IMG/VR virus record: IMGVR_UViG_3300009430_000001
Span: 1-64,000 of that record
Length of the DNA: 64,000 nt
Reading direction: 5' to 3' (one strand)
Source: a virus
The stretch's first letter is position 1, and the number at the start of each line of letters is the position of its first letter. Positions 45,597 through 54,750 of the stretch are shown here, one piece after another. The notes under the pieces were generated by a model. It saw only the letters and a list, made by a program, of their open reading frames with translations, did not search any database and was not told the DNA's origin. Both the position numbers and the translations under genes were made by a program.

Positions 45597-45805
45597 TAGG
45601 ATTCGGGATAGAAGAAGCTGATGTCGCTGCCTTGCTGCACAAGCAGCTCTTTGCATTCATCATCGGAGATGGCGTTTGTTTCCGAGGTGTAGGCGCCGGA
45701 GTAATCTCCTTCGACTGCTTCTCGCCAGATTCCAGCTGGGGTCATGTCATCGGGGATGGGATCCTGGCTCAGGATTTCCATCGTGATCGTGGTGAGGTAG
45801 GGCAT
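45596..45805 (-). CDS. Hypothetical protein
   Basis: EILS..P...GD.SG...L..QGSD..FF motif. Confidence 0.6.
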   Translation of the reverse strand: MPYLTTITMEILSQDPIPDDMTPAGIWREAVEGDYSGAYTSETNAISDDECKELLVQQGSDISFFYPES

Positions 45806-46160
45806 GGCTTTCTTGTGTAAGCTTGGAGTGGAGGAGCTTGGCTCGCTGGCTGGCCCAGCGCGGGCAGCGCAGGAGATCGACGTAGTCCTGGAGCGTGGGC
45901 ACCATGCCCAGGTCCTCCAGGACGTGTTGCTCGGCGAGCAGGGAGGTCGGTACGCGCCGGCCTCGGGAGTTGGTGATCGTGTCACCAAACAGGGCAACCG
46001 CATCGGCGATGCCCTGGGTGTGATGGGCCAACATGCGATGCATGAGGCGATCAGTGCCAGCGCGGCCGCGGTCCATCCAGCGATGCAGCGCCATGTAGTC
46101 ATCGGGGTCACCCCCGAATGCATTGGCGCTGCTGATGGCGTGGTAGCTGTAATGGCTCAT
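45747..46160 (-). CDS. DUF6915-like protein
   Basis: H.Y.HA.SSA..FGG.P.DY..LH.WMD..HR...HH..GI....FG..ITNS.G..VP...AEQHV.EDLG. Confidence 0.7.
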   Translation of the reverse strand: MSHYSYHAISSANAFGGDPDDYMALHRWMDRGRAGTDRLMHRMLAHHTQGIADAVALFGDTITNSRGRRVPTSLLAEQHVLEDLGMVPTLQDYVDLLRCPRWASQRAKLLHSKLTQESHALPHHDHDGNPEPGSHPR

Positions 46161-46717
46161 AGTGTTATGGTCGAGTAGTCTTGGGTGATGACGTTGTTGT
46201 TGTGGTTGATCTCGATGCTGACGCCATGTTCGATGCCGTCCTCGAGCTCTTCCTCGGTGGCTTGGCGAATGATGATTTCACCGAATCCACCTTCATTGAT
46301 CTCGAAGCCCGGGTGGTAGCCGTAGGCCACATCCCAGGCGATGGCGTCAAGCGCCTCGCTGATGCTGCTGGGATCGGGAGCGACCACGGGTTTCCAGCAC
46401 ATGGCTTTGCTGTCGTATTGCTGTCCCACGGTTCGCTGATAATTAAATTCAGCGGGCATGTCTTCATCGAGGAGCTGGTTGAGTTCTTTTAAGATTTCGG
46501 TGTTGCACTCGGCGGGTTCGACGGTGATGTCGGAAATATCGCCGGAATCGCCTGAGCCCTCGTACGTGATCGTGATCTTGTGGACACGTTCGTCCTTGGA
46601 GCGCAGGTAGAGAAAGATGCCCTTGAGAAGGAGGCATCCCTTCTGCGCTTGATCCTTGAGTTGTTTTTGGTACTCGATGATTTCGGCGAGAACTTCGTTG
46701 ATGTTGATGGGGTTCAT
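46157..46717 (-). CDS. DUF6878-like protein
   Basis: YEGSGDSG.I and GFEINEGG.G. Confidence 0.7.
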   Translation of the reverse strand: MNPININEVLAEIIEYQKQLKDQAQKGCLLLKGIFLYLRSKDERVHKITITYEGSGDSGDISDITVEPAECNTEILKELNQLLDEDMPAEFNYQRTVGQQYDSKAMCWKPVVAPDPSSISEALDAIAWDVAYGYHPGFEINEGGFGEIIIRQATEEELEDGIEHGVSIEINHNNNVITQDYSTITL

Positions 46718-46734
46718 GGGATTGGTGCGGGTGG

Positions 46735-47433
46735 CTAGGGGTTGGTGAGCGATGGTGGAAGCGGGTAGATACCGCGCGGCTTGCCGGGCGGAGTGGTCAC
46801 GGTTTCGGCTTCACTCCAGCCGCATTTGTCTATTCGACTTTTGACAAGCCAGTCGTTTCCCTCGAGTGAGCGTGACCAGTCTGTTAGGCATAGTGTTATG
46901 CCTTGGTAGGTGACGAATCTAGTGTCAGTTCGGTTTCGTGCTTGTTGCGCATAGGTAGCCCAACGCACGTTGCCTGGTTCGTAGTTTCCGTGGCGGTTGG
47001 GAAATCTGTCTAGCTGATGCAGCGAAGATGGTCGTGGGCCTATTAAGCTTAAAATGTCGTTGTAGAATGTTTCAAAATCGTTAATCCATGGCGGGTGAAT
47101 TTGAATGCTCTTTTGCAGGTAGTGCAAAGAAGATGTTGAATTCGGATTGAGGCATCTGGTTTTCATGCCACACCAAATGCTGTAGTATATGGTTCGCTTC
47201 TTTGTGCGCGCCTGTCCATGGGTTGAGTTTAGGAGACTAAGGCTTTTGATTCGCTTGCATCCGCAGCTTGTTGTGCGGCCGGAGGCTAACGCAGTTGCGA
47301 TTACCAACACGCAAAGACGTTCGCAGGAGCAGGTGCACCACCACTGCGCGTTTTTGTGCTTGTTGTTCCAGCCGCGTTTAATAGCTGTCAGATTCCCGAA
47401 TGTTTGATTTTTGAGATCGAGTGGGAGTCCCAT
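46735..47433 (-). CDS. HNH-type homing endonuclease
   Basis: DL..Q.FG.L, W.C.CSC, SG.TTSCGC, W.GMK.RC, LDR.....GNYEPGNVRWAT..QQARN; lower GC. Confidence 0.85.
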   Translation of the reverse strand: MGLPLDLKNQTFGNLTAIKRGWNNKHKNAQWWCTCSCERLCVLVIATALASGRTTSCGCKRIKSLSLLNSTHGQARTKKRTIYYSIWCGMKTRCLNPNSTSSLHYLQKSIQIHPPWINDFETFYNDILSLIGPRPSSLHQLDRFPNRHGNYEPGNVRWATYAQQARNRTDTRFVTYQGITLCLTDWSRSLEGNDWLVKSRIDKCGWSEAETVTTPPGKPRGIYPLPPSLTNP

Positions 47434-47436
47434 GGT

Positions 47437-47772
47437 TTATAGGTCAATGATTTTACCTTCAAGGGTAATGCGTTGCAGTTTGTTGCACTGCAGTCGACCA
47501 ACAAGGTTTTGTTCACTGTCAAACCTAAGGCGGCACAGTTGCTCGACGGCATTTTCGCCGGTTATGAGCTGTAGCCGCCAAAGCAAGCAGCGTTGTTGGC
47601 TGGTTATGAGCGTCCAGCGGGGATACTCTTGCCCTTTGGACAGCTCATTCCAGTATGCCATTGCGGATTCAAGCGAGTCTTGCTCGACTCGCCTGACTTC
47701 GCGGAATAGCTCTTTGGCGGCAGGTTCCCATTTGTAGCGATCGAAGGTAGGCCGCTGTTGGCTTAGCGGCAC
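47437..47772 (-). CDS. Hypothetical protein
   Basis: Protein-like from the GTG at 47772; start uncertain. Confidence 0.5.
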   Translation of the reverse strand: MPLSQQRPTFDRYKWEPAAKELFREVRRVEQDSLESAMAYWNELSKGQEYPRWTLITSQQRCLLWRLQLITGENAVEQLCRLRFDSEQNLVGRLQCNKLQRITLEGKIIDL

Positions 47773-47900
47773 TAGCTCAACAGTGGAGCCGGCCTCGGTG
47801 GGGGTGGAAGCGGTGGAGATGATGGTCACGGGTGTCCATGAGAGGGGACACAGAACGAAGGCCCCCGTGGAGGGGGCCATGGAGCGGAGGGGCTTGCTGG

Positions 47901-48428
47901 TTACCACCAGCCGTGGTATTTGAAGGAGATCCATTTCTTGGCCTCTTCCGGGAGCTCAAGCCAAGGCTTGAGCTGGTTGACGGTGTCTCGGAGATCACTC
48001 CAGTACCAGTCGCCCATATCGGCAGGGCCGAAGAAGAAGCCGGAGCTTAGCGGGAGTTCCTGCATAGCCGTTTCTTCGTTGCGGCTTTTGAGCAGCTGTT
48101 CGCATAGCTTGACAAGTTCTGCGAGTTTGTCGAATGTGACTTCGATTTCCTCGCAGTTCTCGAGGCCGTCGGGGCCTTTCAGCCTGTCAAACCAGCGATG
48201 GATCTGGTTTGCTTTGCGCCAGTAGGCGCAGTCGAGTTGGATGCTGAGAACGCCCGGGACATCGAACAGTCCGAAGACCTGATTGGTCGATGTTTTGAGT
48301 TTGAGTGTTCCCAGAACGTAGGTGCGGAGTTCGCTCCACGCCTTGGTGGTGGGGTTCTTCGCTTCTTCGCGAAGAGCATCGTGATCGGGAAGAGTGATAG
48401 ACGCCTTGAGGTACTGATCGAGTCCCAT
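47901..48428 (-). CDS. Conserved phage protein (MGLD..YWRK.NQIH.WF family)
   Basis: MGLDQYL, YWRKANQIHRWF, LP..SGFFFG, Y..WW. Confidence 0.8.
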   Translation of the reverse strand: MGLDQYLKASITLPDHDALREEAKNPTTKAWSELRTYVLGTLKLKTSTNQVFGLFDVPGVLSIQLDCAYWRKANQIHRWFDRLKGPDGLENCEEIEVTFDKLAELVKLCEQLLKSRNEETAMQELPLSSGFFFGPADMGDWYWSDLRDTVNQLKPWLELPEEAKKWISFKYHGWW

Positions 48429-48500
48429 TGGTTGGTGAGTGAAGGACATGAAAACGAGGACCCCGCCTGATGGCGAGGGCTCGTGGTGGGCATAAGCCCG

Positions 48501-48517
48501 ACTTAGACACAATGCGG
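48501..48517 (+). repeat. 17-bp motif, copy 4
   Basis: Exact ACTTAGACACAATGCGG. Confidence 0.85.
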
Positions 48518-48545
48518 CACGCAGTGGACGCGCCGTCACATTGCG

Positions 48546-48713
48546 TCAGAACGACACGTTGCGCGCGCGGCGGAAGCCGACCGTGCCATCAGGGAACTGG
48601 ATGCGCACGAAGCCGTGCGGTGCAGGCGTCAGTTGACGCACAGGGCAGCTGGGGCCTTGCACGGGCACAGCGGCGGAAGCGGTGGCGCGAACGGTCGTGG
48701 AAGTGGGGGCCAT
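48546..48713 (-). CDS. Small hypothetical protein
   Basis: MAPTSTT..GFVRIQFPDGTVGF; 30 nt after the hairpin. Confidence 0.55.
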   Translation of the reverse strand: MAPTSTTVRATASAAVPVQGPSCPVRQLTPAPHGFVRIQFPDGTVGFRRARNVSF

Positions 48714-48774
48714 GGAGTGTTCCATGAAGTGGGCAGCAAACCGAGGCCCCCGTGGAGGGGACCAGAGGCTGGGG

Positions 48775-49242
48775 TCAGGACCACTCGTCTGGCCATTCGT
48801 CTTTGGTGATGAGGATGTACCGGAGGTTGCACACCTCGGTGGGATTGTTGAAGCGATCTTCTGGTGCTTGATCGACAGGCCACCAGTCATCTTCGTGAGG
48901 CGACGATGCATAGTCGATGCAGGTGACGTCGATGGTCTTGAGCCAGGCGGCCGGCGCCTGGAAGTGGACCCAGAGGACAGCCGTCGGTGAATCCTTGGGC
49001 CAGTCGAGGCGGAGCTCGGCTTCGGACAGGTCGGCGCCCGGGAGCTGGCCCTGGGCCCAGTCGGCGAGCGATGGGTCGTAGCTGGCCCAAAGTTCGGGGT
49101 CGTGCGAGGCCACGAGAGCACTGACGGCTTCGAGAGAAAAGGCCTTGCATTGGTCATCGAGCACGGTGAGGGCGTACTCGATGGATTTGGTGCGATCGGG
49201 ATCGCTGAAGGCGCGGACGGTGGTGGGAGTGAAGGGGGCCAT
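48775..49242 (-). CDS. Acidic hypothetical protein
   Basis: MAPF start 25 nt after the hairpin. Confidence 0.65.
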   Translation of the reverse strand: MAPFTPTTVRAFSDPDRTKSIEYALTVLDDQCKAFSLEAVSALVASHDPELWASYDPSLADWAQGQLPGADLSEAELRLDWPKDSPTAVLWVHFQAPAAWLKTIDVTCIDYASSPHEDDWWPVDQAPEDRFNNPTEVCNLRYILITKDEWPDEWS

Positions 49243-49302
49243 GGTCAGATGGAAGGGCAATGAGCCAAGGCCCCCGGGGAGGGGCCAATGGGGGCAATGA
49301 TT

Positions 49303-49767
49303 TCATTGAACACCATTTGGGTATTCAATGATGCCAGGGATGTCGCGATCTGGCAGTTGATTGGAAAACCAGCGAAGCAGGTTTTCCTTGACTTTTGGGT
49401 TGTGGGTTCTGCCGGCCTGGTGGAGCAGGGCCATCAGAGCACCTAAAGGGAAGCCCTTGGATGGTTGTCGGAGTGTTTTCCAATCAGTGATTCCATGTTC
49501 ACGAAGAATGTGTGTGGCCTCGTAGAAGATGCATTGGGCAATTGCCAGTTCCTGGGAGTAGGCATTATGGATTTCCCATTGTTCAGGGGACTGATCGGTG
49601 GTGGGCAGGTAATCGTCGATGATGTAAGGCCAGGGGAAGCCATTGTCGATTCCTTGCGGAAGGACGATTTCGCCGTTTTCATGGGCATGTCCCAGGAGGT
49701 CAGCCGCCTTGAGTGGGTCAAGTTTGGCCATCAGGAGCAGGTTTGTGCGATCGAAGGGGGCAGTCAT
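49303..49767 (-). CDS. Hypothetical protein, paralogue of 51028..51561
   Basis: APF.RT..L.+A.++P..AA+.L..AH, F.WP, GFPL.A, I.YPNG shared. Confidence 0.7.
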   Translation of the reverse strand: MTAPFDRTNLLLMAKLDPLKAADLLGHAHENGEIVLPQGIDNGFPWPYIIDDYLPTTDQSPEQWEIHNAYSQELAIAQCIFYEATHILREHGITDWKTLRQPSKGFPLGALMALLHQAGRTHNPKVKENLLRWFSNQLPDRDIPGIIEYPNGVQ

Positions 49768-49852
49768 TGCGAAATCAGCAGAACACATGAAAAAGGCCCC
49801 CGCGGAGGGGGCCATGGAGTCGGAGGGTTACTCTGCATCCAGGAGTTGAACA

Positions 49853-51031
49853 TTGCCAGCGAGGCTTCCGAATTCTGAGGAGTGGCGCAGGGCCGTGATC
49901 GATGCCGCCGGCTATGGCGCCGCGGCTTCGGGAGCTGGTGCCCTGGCGGCGCTGTTGATGCGCCCCGAGCAGGCAGAGCCTGGGATCGAGGGCCGGCCAG
50001 ATCCGGATGCACCGCCGACGCAGGAGCGTGATCAGGCGGTGATCGATGGTGCATTGGCCGGCCTGGCCGGTGGTGCACTGGGGGCTGGTGCCGCTTCGCT
50101 GTGGATGAACCGCAAGGCGGGTAGCCCTGAAGTGGTGGCCCGGGTGCAGAGCACTCGAGGGGGTGGGGGTCAGCCGCCTGCTGCGGCGCCTCCCCCCGCT
50201 CCGAAAGGACCCCCGGGGGGTGGCGGTGAGATCGAGATCGATCTGGATGGCAGTGCCAGGATGGCATTGAAGGCCGTGAATGATCAGGTGATACGTGCAG
50301 TGCCGACACTTTCGAAGGCACTGGGGATTCCGGTTGAAGAGATGGCTGAGATTGTTGCAGGTGAAGCTGCTGATTTTATGGCAAAAGCTGATCCAGCTTT
50401 GTATGGTGAGATGATTCAGATGGCTCGCAAGTATGATTTTGATAAAGCTGAGAATCTTGATAATTTTGGCGCAGAGGCAAGGCGGAGACTGGGATGGACA
50501 ATGAGGGAAGCAGCTGATAACGCTGCGGCGGAAATACGCAAAAGTGAAGACAGCCTTAGTGGGGCTGTCCAGAATGCCTACAAAGAAATGTACGATGTGC
50601 ATCCTTTGAATAAAGCATTGTACTTGTTGATGCATGGAGTTGGCTCTGATCCTGACAAAGAGTCAAGAGCTGCGCGGATGGCGGCAGCTGCCATGATTGA
50701 TGCATCAATGGCGAAAACGCCGTATGGCGGGGTGTTTGGGCATGGAATCAGGGCACCTATCATGAATGCAGAGAATACGCTAGATATGGCAGATCAGTTG
50801 ATAGCGGAAACCGGCAGTGGTCCTTACCACCTTCTGCGTGAATTGGCTCATGGTGTTGGTGACAATTCACTGGATGACTGGGAGCTGCCAGAGCATTTGC
50901 GGCCTGGCGCTCCGGTGTCTCCTCATGAGAACTGGTGGTATGCGACGCCTGAGAATCGATGGCTGAATCGCCACGATCCCCAGCAGCCCATGAGACACCC
51001 GGCCTGGCAGCCGCGGCCACGCAGGACCTAG
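49853..51031 (+). CDS. Gly-zipper protein, possibly virion-internal
   Basis: Two GxxxG-rich hydrophobic segments; AGGAG SD before TTG. Confidence 0.6.
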   Translation: MPARLPNSEEWRRAVIDAAGYGAAASGAGALAALLMRPEQAEPGIEGRPDPDAPPTQERDQAVIDGALAGLAGGALGAGAASLWMNRKAGSPEVVARVQSTRGGGGQPPAAAPPPAPKGPPGGGGEIEIDLDGSARMALKAVNDQVIRAVPTLSKALGIPVEEMAEIVAGEAADFMAKADPALYGEMIQMARKYDFDKAENLDNFGAEARRRLGWTMREAADNAAAEIRKSEDSLSGAVQNAYKEMYDVHPLNKALYLLMHGVGSDPDKESRAARMAAAAMIDASMAKTPYGGVFGHGIRAPIMNAENTLDMADQLIAETGSGPYHLLRELAHGVGDNSLDDWELPEHLRPGAPVSPHENWWYATPENRWLNRHDPQQPMRHPAWQPRPRRT

Positions 51032-51561
51032 ATGGTCCCGTTGGGGTAGAAGATGTTGCTCTCGCTTGCAGTGGGGAACACCCTTGCCAGGTGATCAGCA
51101 CCGATCACCAGTGATTCTGGGTGTTGAAACCTGCTTGCGAAGTCAAGGTAGACGTAAACGGCTTGCAACGGGAAGCCGGGAATGGAAGGAGCTGACTCGA
51201 GGCCAAGCTCGGCCTCGATCTGGGCTTGACGCATGCCAGGCCGACTGACGTTGCCGGTGGCCTGAAGGACTTGGCTGACTCGTCGTTGCAGGTGGTAGGC
51301 GTAGACGAGGATCTCGTCTGCAATTGCTGCGATGGTGGCGTAGTCAGCCTTGATTGAGGCGAAGTATGCCTCTTCTGCGTCGCTCAGTTCGTCGTCTTCT
51401 GGCTGGGTGTGAGCAAGGAGCTCAGGCCAGCCGAAGGGGCCACCTTCTCCTTCAGGAAGAGTGAAGTGGCTCTCGGTATGCGCTGTGCGCAGAAATTCTG
51501 CTGCGCCTTGGGGGTTGATGTGAGCGAGGTCGAGGAAATGCGTACGGTTGAAGGGGGCCAT
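51028..51561 (-). CDS. Hypothetical protein, paralogue of 49303..49767
   Basis: See paralogue; ATG 26 nt after the hairpin. Confidence 0.7.
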   Translation of the reverse strand: MAPFNRTHFLDLAHINPQGAAEFLRTAHTESHFTLPEGEGGPFGWPELLAHTQPEDDELSDAEEAYFASIKADYATIAAIADEILVYAYHLQRRVSQVLQATGNVSRPGMRQAQIEAELGLESAPSIPGFPLQAVYVYLDFASRFQHPESLVIGADHLARVFPTASESNIFYPNGTI

Positions 51562-51648
51562 GGAGAAGATGCAACAGCATCGAACAAAGGCCCCCGAGGA
51601 GGGCAAGGGAGCGTGTGTACTCTGTGGGACAGCAGATGAGGGACCGCA

Positions 51649-51849
51649 ATGATTGGCAGGCTTGCTGTGGGAGCATTGCTTGGCGCTGCAGGCGGTGGCC
51701 TGCTGGGGACGATCCCGGGAGTGCTGGCGCAGAACAATGTCGGAATTGATTTGGGCCCAATGGGCGCCTGGGGCTATAGCTTGGATCCCGTTAGCGGAAA
51801 TGTAGTGTACACCGGCAGAGGGCCGGGTGGATTCAGTGAGCTCACTTAA
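51649..51849 (+). CDS. Small Gly-zipper membrane protein
   Basis: GALLGAAGGGLLG. Confidence 0.55.
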   Translation: MIGRLAVGALLGAAGGGLLGTIPGVLAQNNVGIDLGPMGAWGYSLDPVSGNVVYTGRGPGGFSELT

Positions 51850-51855
51850 TCGACA

Positions 51856-52074
51856 GTGCCGGGATTTCATCCAACCGTAGGCGCCTTGTCTGGCGCTTTG
51901 GTTGGCGCGATGGCCTTGGCAGCGCTTGAGATAATTGATCAGGCTTATGACAAAGAGGGTTGGGATGCGGCGAAGCAGCGGGTTGATGAATTCATCAATA
52001 ATCTGCATCGCCAGAGGGCTGAGCGCCAAGGGGCTGAACGGCCTAGGCGGATGATCCGCATTCAGCAGGCTTGA
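51856..52074 (+). CDS. Small Gly-zipper membrane protein
   Basis: GALSGALVGAMALAAL. Confidence 0.55.
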   Translation: MPGFHPTVGALSGALVGAMALAALEIIDQAYDKEGWDAAKQRVDEFINNLHRQRAERQGAERPRRMIRIQQA

Positions 52075-52104
52075 GTACCCTGGGGGCACAGGCTTCTTCT
52101 TTCC

Positions 52105-52716
52105 ATGGCAGTCAAGAGATACGCCGGTAGTAGCAATGTCGTGGATGACATCTTGGCGGCTGTTGGCGACAATGCATATACTAGGGCGTGGAGTGACGCC
52201 ATGGGAAATGCGATACGGCCTGTGGATAGAATGATTGCTTCTGACTCTGATCGGTTTGCGTCTTCCTTGAAAGAAATGGAAGGGCTGATTAACCGTGGAG
52301 TCGAGGAAGCGAAAGGGCAGGGGTTATCGCAGGCTGCAGGGGAGCAGCTGCTTGCAAGGTTGAATCGGCTTGATCCTAGCGGTGCTCTCGCTGAAAACAT
52401 GGGAGCTGGGCTGAGTCAGGCAGTGGAAAGAGCAAAGCGGAATGGGTCTTCGGTGGGGAGTGAATTTGCGGGTTTGGTATTTGATGCTCGAGAAGATCTG
52501 AAACCGGAGTTGATCGATGCGTATCTGAAGCAGCATCCGCCCTCTGATGTTCACATGATGACCAAGGCGGGCGGATTGCTTCATGCAGCAGCAGGCATGG
52601 CGCCTTCTGCGTATGGCATCCCGGCTGCGGGAGCAGGTCTTGCTGCGTGGGGCCTGCATGATTATCTGCAGGCCCAGCAGCAGGCGGAGAAGGAGTCTCA
52701 GCTTCCAATGAGCTGA
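52105..52716 (+). CDS. Hypothetical protein with C-terminal Gly-zipper
   Basis: YGIPAAGAGLAAWGL; TACCCTGG 29 nt upstream. Confidence 0.65.
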   Translation: MAVKRYAGSSNVVDDILAAVGDNAYTRAWSDAMGNAIRPVDRMIASDSDRFASSLKEMEGLINRGVEEAKGQGLSQAAGEQLLARLNRLDPSGALAENMGAGLSQAVERAKRNGSSVGSEFAGLVFDAREDLKPELIDAYLKQHPPSDVHMMTKAGGLLHAAAGMAPSAYGIPAAGAGLAAWGLHDYLQAQQQAEKESQLPMS

Positions 52717-52720
52717 GGGC

Positions 52721-53047
52721 TTAGCAGTGATTGAGCTCTTCTGCGAGGAGCTGGTTGTCCAGTAAGGCTGCCTGGATCTCGTCGGGAGACATGTTGTCAG
52801 CTCCTCTACTGCGGTTGAGATCAGCGGCTTCGGGAATGATGTTACTCCAGTCGTCGGTGAGCTCGGGGCAGTTGTGTTGGCTGATGACGTGAGAAAGATC
52901 TCGCTGCTCCCAGAATTCTTTGATTTCATGGGGGTCATCGAGTTCTTCAGGCGTAACAGCCAGCATGTCGGAGAAGTCTCCTCCGTAGGGCTCGGCTCGA
53001 CTGTCGAGGTATGAGGTGAGATTGAATGGTAGGTTCATCGTGGTCAA
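52721..53047 (-). CDS. HNH-like small protein
   Basis: DLSHVI......EL....SNI..E...LNRSRG..NM. Confidence 0.5.
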   Translation of the reverse strand: MTTMNLPFNLTSYLDSRAEPYGGDFSDMLAVTPEELDDPHEIKEFWEQRDLSHVISQHNCPELTDDWSNIIPEAADLNRSRGADNMSPDEIQAALLDNQLLAEELNHC

Positions 53048-53931
53048 GAGGAGAAGAAGGCTGTTATGTTGTAAGTCGTGGTGTTGGTGATTATTCTTGC
53101 CAAGGTGACGGCATTAGAGTTGGTGAATTTTGTTGATTGTTTTTGATGTGGTTTTAGCAACAGGGTGTTGACATCTAGGGCGTCTTCGAGCAAGAGCTGG
53201 GGAAAGAAGCCGTGGAGTGGGTTGTTGATGTATTTTCTGTGCCATTGAATGGACTTGCGGGGAGCAGCTAAAGATGATATAGCTAAAGAATTGTCTTTGA
53301 ATTCGTTTAGGATGTTTTGGTAGTCTGCGACAAGATGTCTGTTGGTGATTTCCTTTGAAGAAATAAATGCTATTTCTTCGTCTTCCAGTTGGGTGATAAG
53401 TCGCTTTCTGCCTTCGATCCTCTGGGTTAGAGGTGAGCTGATGATGCCAAGTGAGGCAAATGCCAAAATGCCCGTTGCAGCATCGCCCAAGAAGGCTGGA
53501 AAGTCGTATTGCTTTGCTCTTTTAAGTCGGCTTTCTTTGATTCGTAGTTCGTTGTAGTAGATTTCGTTGAAGCGGGTGATTTTGGTTAAAATGGAATGAG
53601 CGTCTTTGGCAATGCGCTGATTCTTGAGGATTTTACGTTCAAGATTTGCATGTAGTGATCCCGGCTGTATGATGTCATATAGCCGGGTTTGTCCTGATGG
53701 TTTTTGATAGACCTGGGCAAATAGGTGATCACCTGCCCTGTATTGACAGAACAGGTCAGCAGCCTCTGATCGATGTTGTGACCGTCTGTCGAAGCAGGTG
53801 ATTTCAGTTGGTGGTCCGTTTTCAGGGATGAGGGTCAGGCGCCTGCCAAGTCGGAATGGGATGACTTCAGCGACGGCGCCACTGATGAGTCTGGTAGTAG
53901 CGAAAATGTTTGGATTTTGAAAAGTAGTCAT
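53044..53931 (-). CDS. Low-GC hypothetical membrane/coiled-coil protein
   Basis: AT-rich ORF with one hydrophobic segment. Confidence 0.6.
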   Translation of the reverse strand: MTTFQNPNIFATTRLISGAVAEVIPFRLGRRLTLIPENGPPTEITCFDRRSQHRSEAADLFCQYRAGDHLFAQVYQKPSGQTRLYDIIQPGSLHANLERKILKNQRIAKDAHSILTKITRFNEIYYNELRIKESRLKRAKQYDFPAFLGDAATGILAFASLGIISSPLTQRIEGRKRLITQLEDEEIAFISSKEITNRHLVADYQNILNEFKDNSLAISSLAAPRKSIQWHRKYINNPLHGFFPQLLLEDALDVNTLLLKPHQKQSTKFTNSNAVTLARIITNTTTYNITAFFSS

Positions 53932-53982
53932 GTTGGCGATGGGGTGAAAGATTGAGCGAGCGTCAGCGAGCTGGCGCTAATG

Positions 53983-54013
53983 AAAAAAACCACCCCGTAG
54001 TGGGGTGGCTTTT
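53983..54013 (-). terminator. Intrinsic terminator
   Basis: CCACCCC-ACTAC-GGGGTGG followed by T7 on the minus strand. Confidence 0.7.
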
Positions 54014-54033
54014 GAGTCATGAAGGCTCTGGAC

Positions 54034-54444
54034 TCACTTGGCGCGACGCAGCGCGTTCCCTTCCGGGTAGCGTTTGTCAGCCAGATGGTCCGAGAAGGCG
54101 TAAACGCCAATGCCAGACCGCTGAACGGTCTTGTTCTCCTCGTCTCGGGTGACGACGCCGAGACTTAGTCCGCAGCCGTTTTCAACGGGAGACTCGAACG
54201 AGATGAACAGAGGGCCTGCCTCGTGAAAGACGCCGTCGGCGTTCTCGAGGGTGATGCGGGCGTCCTTACGGGCAGCCGCAGCGGACTCCTTGCGGCACTC
54301 GGGAGAACCAGCAACGGGAGCACTGGCGGACTCCTTCTTGGAGTCCTGGGGCGCCGAGCCATTGCCATTACTGGCGGGGCCTTCGACCTTCCTTTCGGTG
54401 GTCTCGGCACTGGTCTCGACGGTTTGGGTGGCGGCTTCAGCCAT
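54034..54444 (-). CDS. Hypothetical protein
   Basis: Strong codon bias; bounded by a hairpin and a terminator. Confidence 0.7.
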   Translation of the reverse strand: MAEAATQTVETSAETTERKVEGPASNGNGSAPQDSKKESASAPVAGSPECRKESAAAARKDARITLENADGVFHEAGPLFISFESPVENGCGLSLGVVTRDEENKTVQRSGIGVYAFSDHLADKRYPEGNALRRAK

Positions 54445-54534
54445 GATGGATGAACTTGGGATTGTGTGGTGCCCATCTCCACTGAGGGCATAAAAACAAG
54501 GCCCCCGTGGAGGGGCCTTTGGATGAGGAGGGGA

Positions 54535-54693
54535 TCAGCGCATGACGCGCTGAATGACTGGAGACGGCACTGGCCGGTCTAGTTGACCGAATGTGCCGTA
54601 TGCGGAGCGGAGCTCGCGCCATTGCACGATGGTCATGCAGATGACCATACCTGCAATGGTGACGCAGGCATGAGGGGTGTAATCGCGATTCAT
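54535..54693 (-). CDS. Small hypothetical protein (52 aa, below the ORF track cutoff)
   Basis: MNRDYTPHACVTIAGMVICMTIVQW..; ATG 28 nt after hairpin 54721. Confidence 0.5.
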   Translation of the reverse strand: MNRDYTPHACVTIAGMVICMTIVQWRELRSAYGTFGQLDRPVPSPVIQRVMR

Positions 54694-54750
54694 GGTGAAT
54701 CACGCGAAGGGCATAAAAGGAAGGCCCCCGATTACTCGAGGGCCTTGAGG

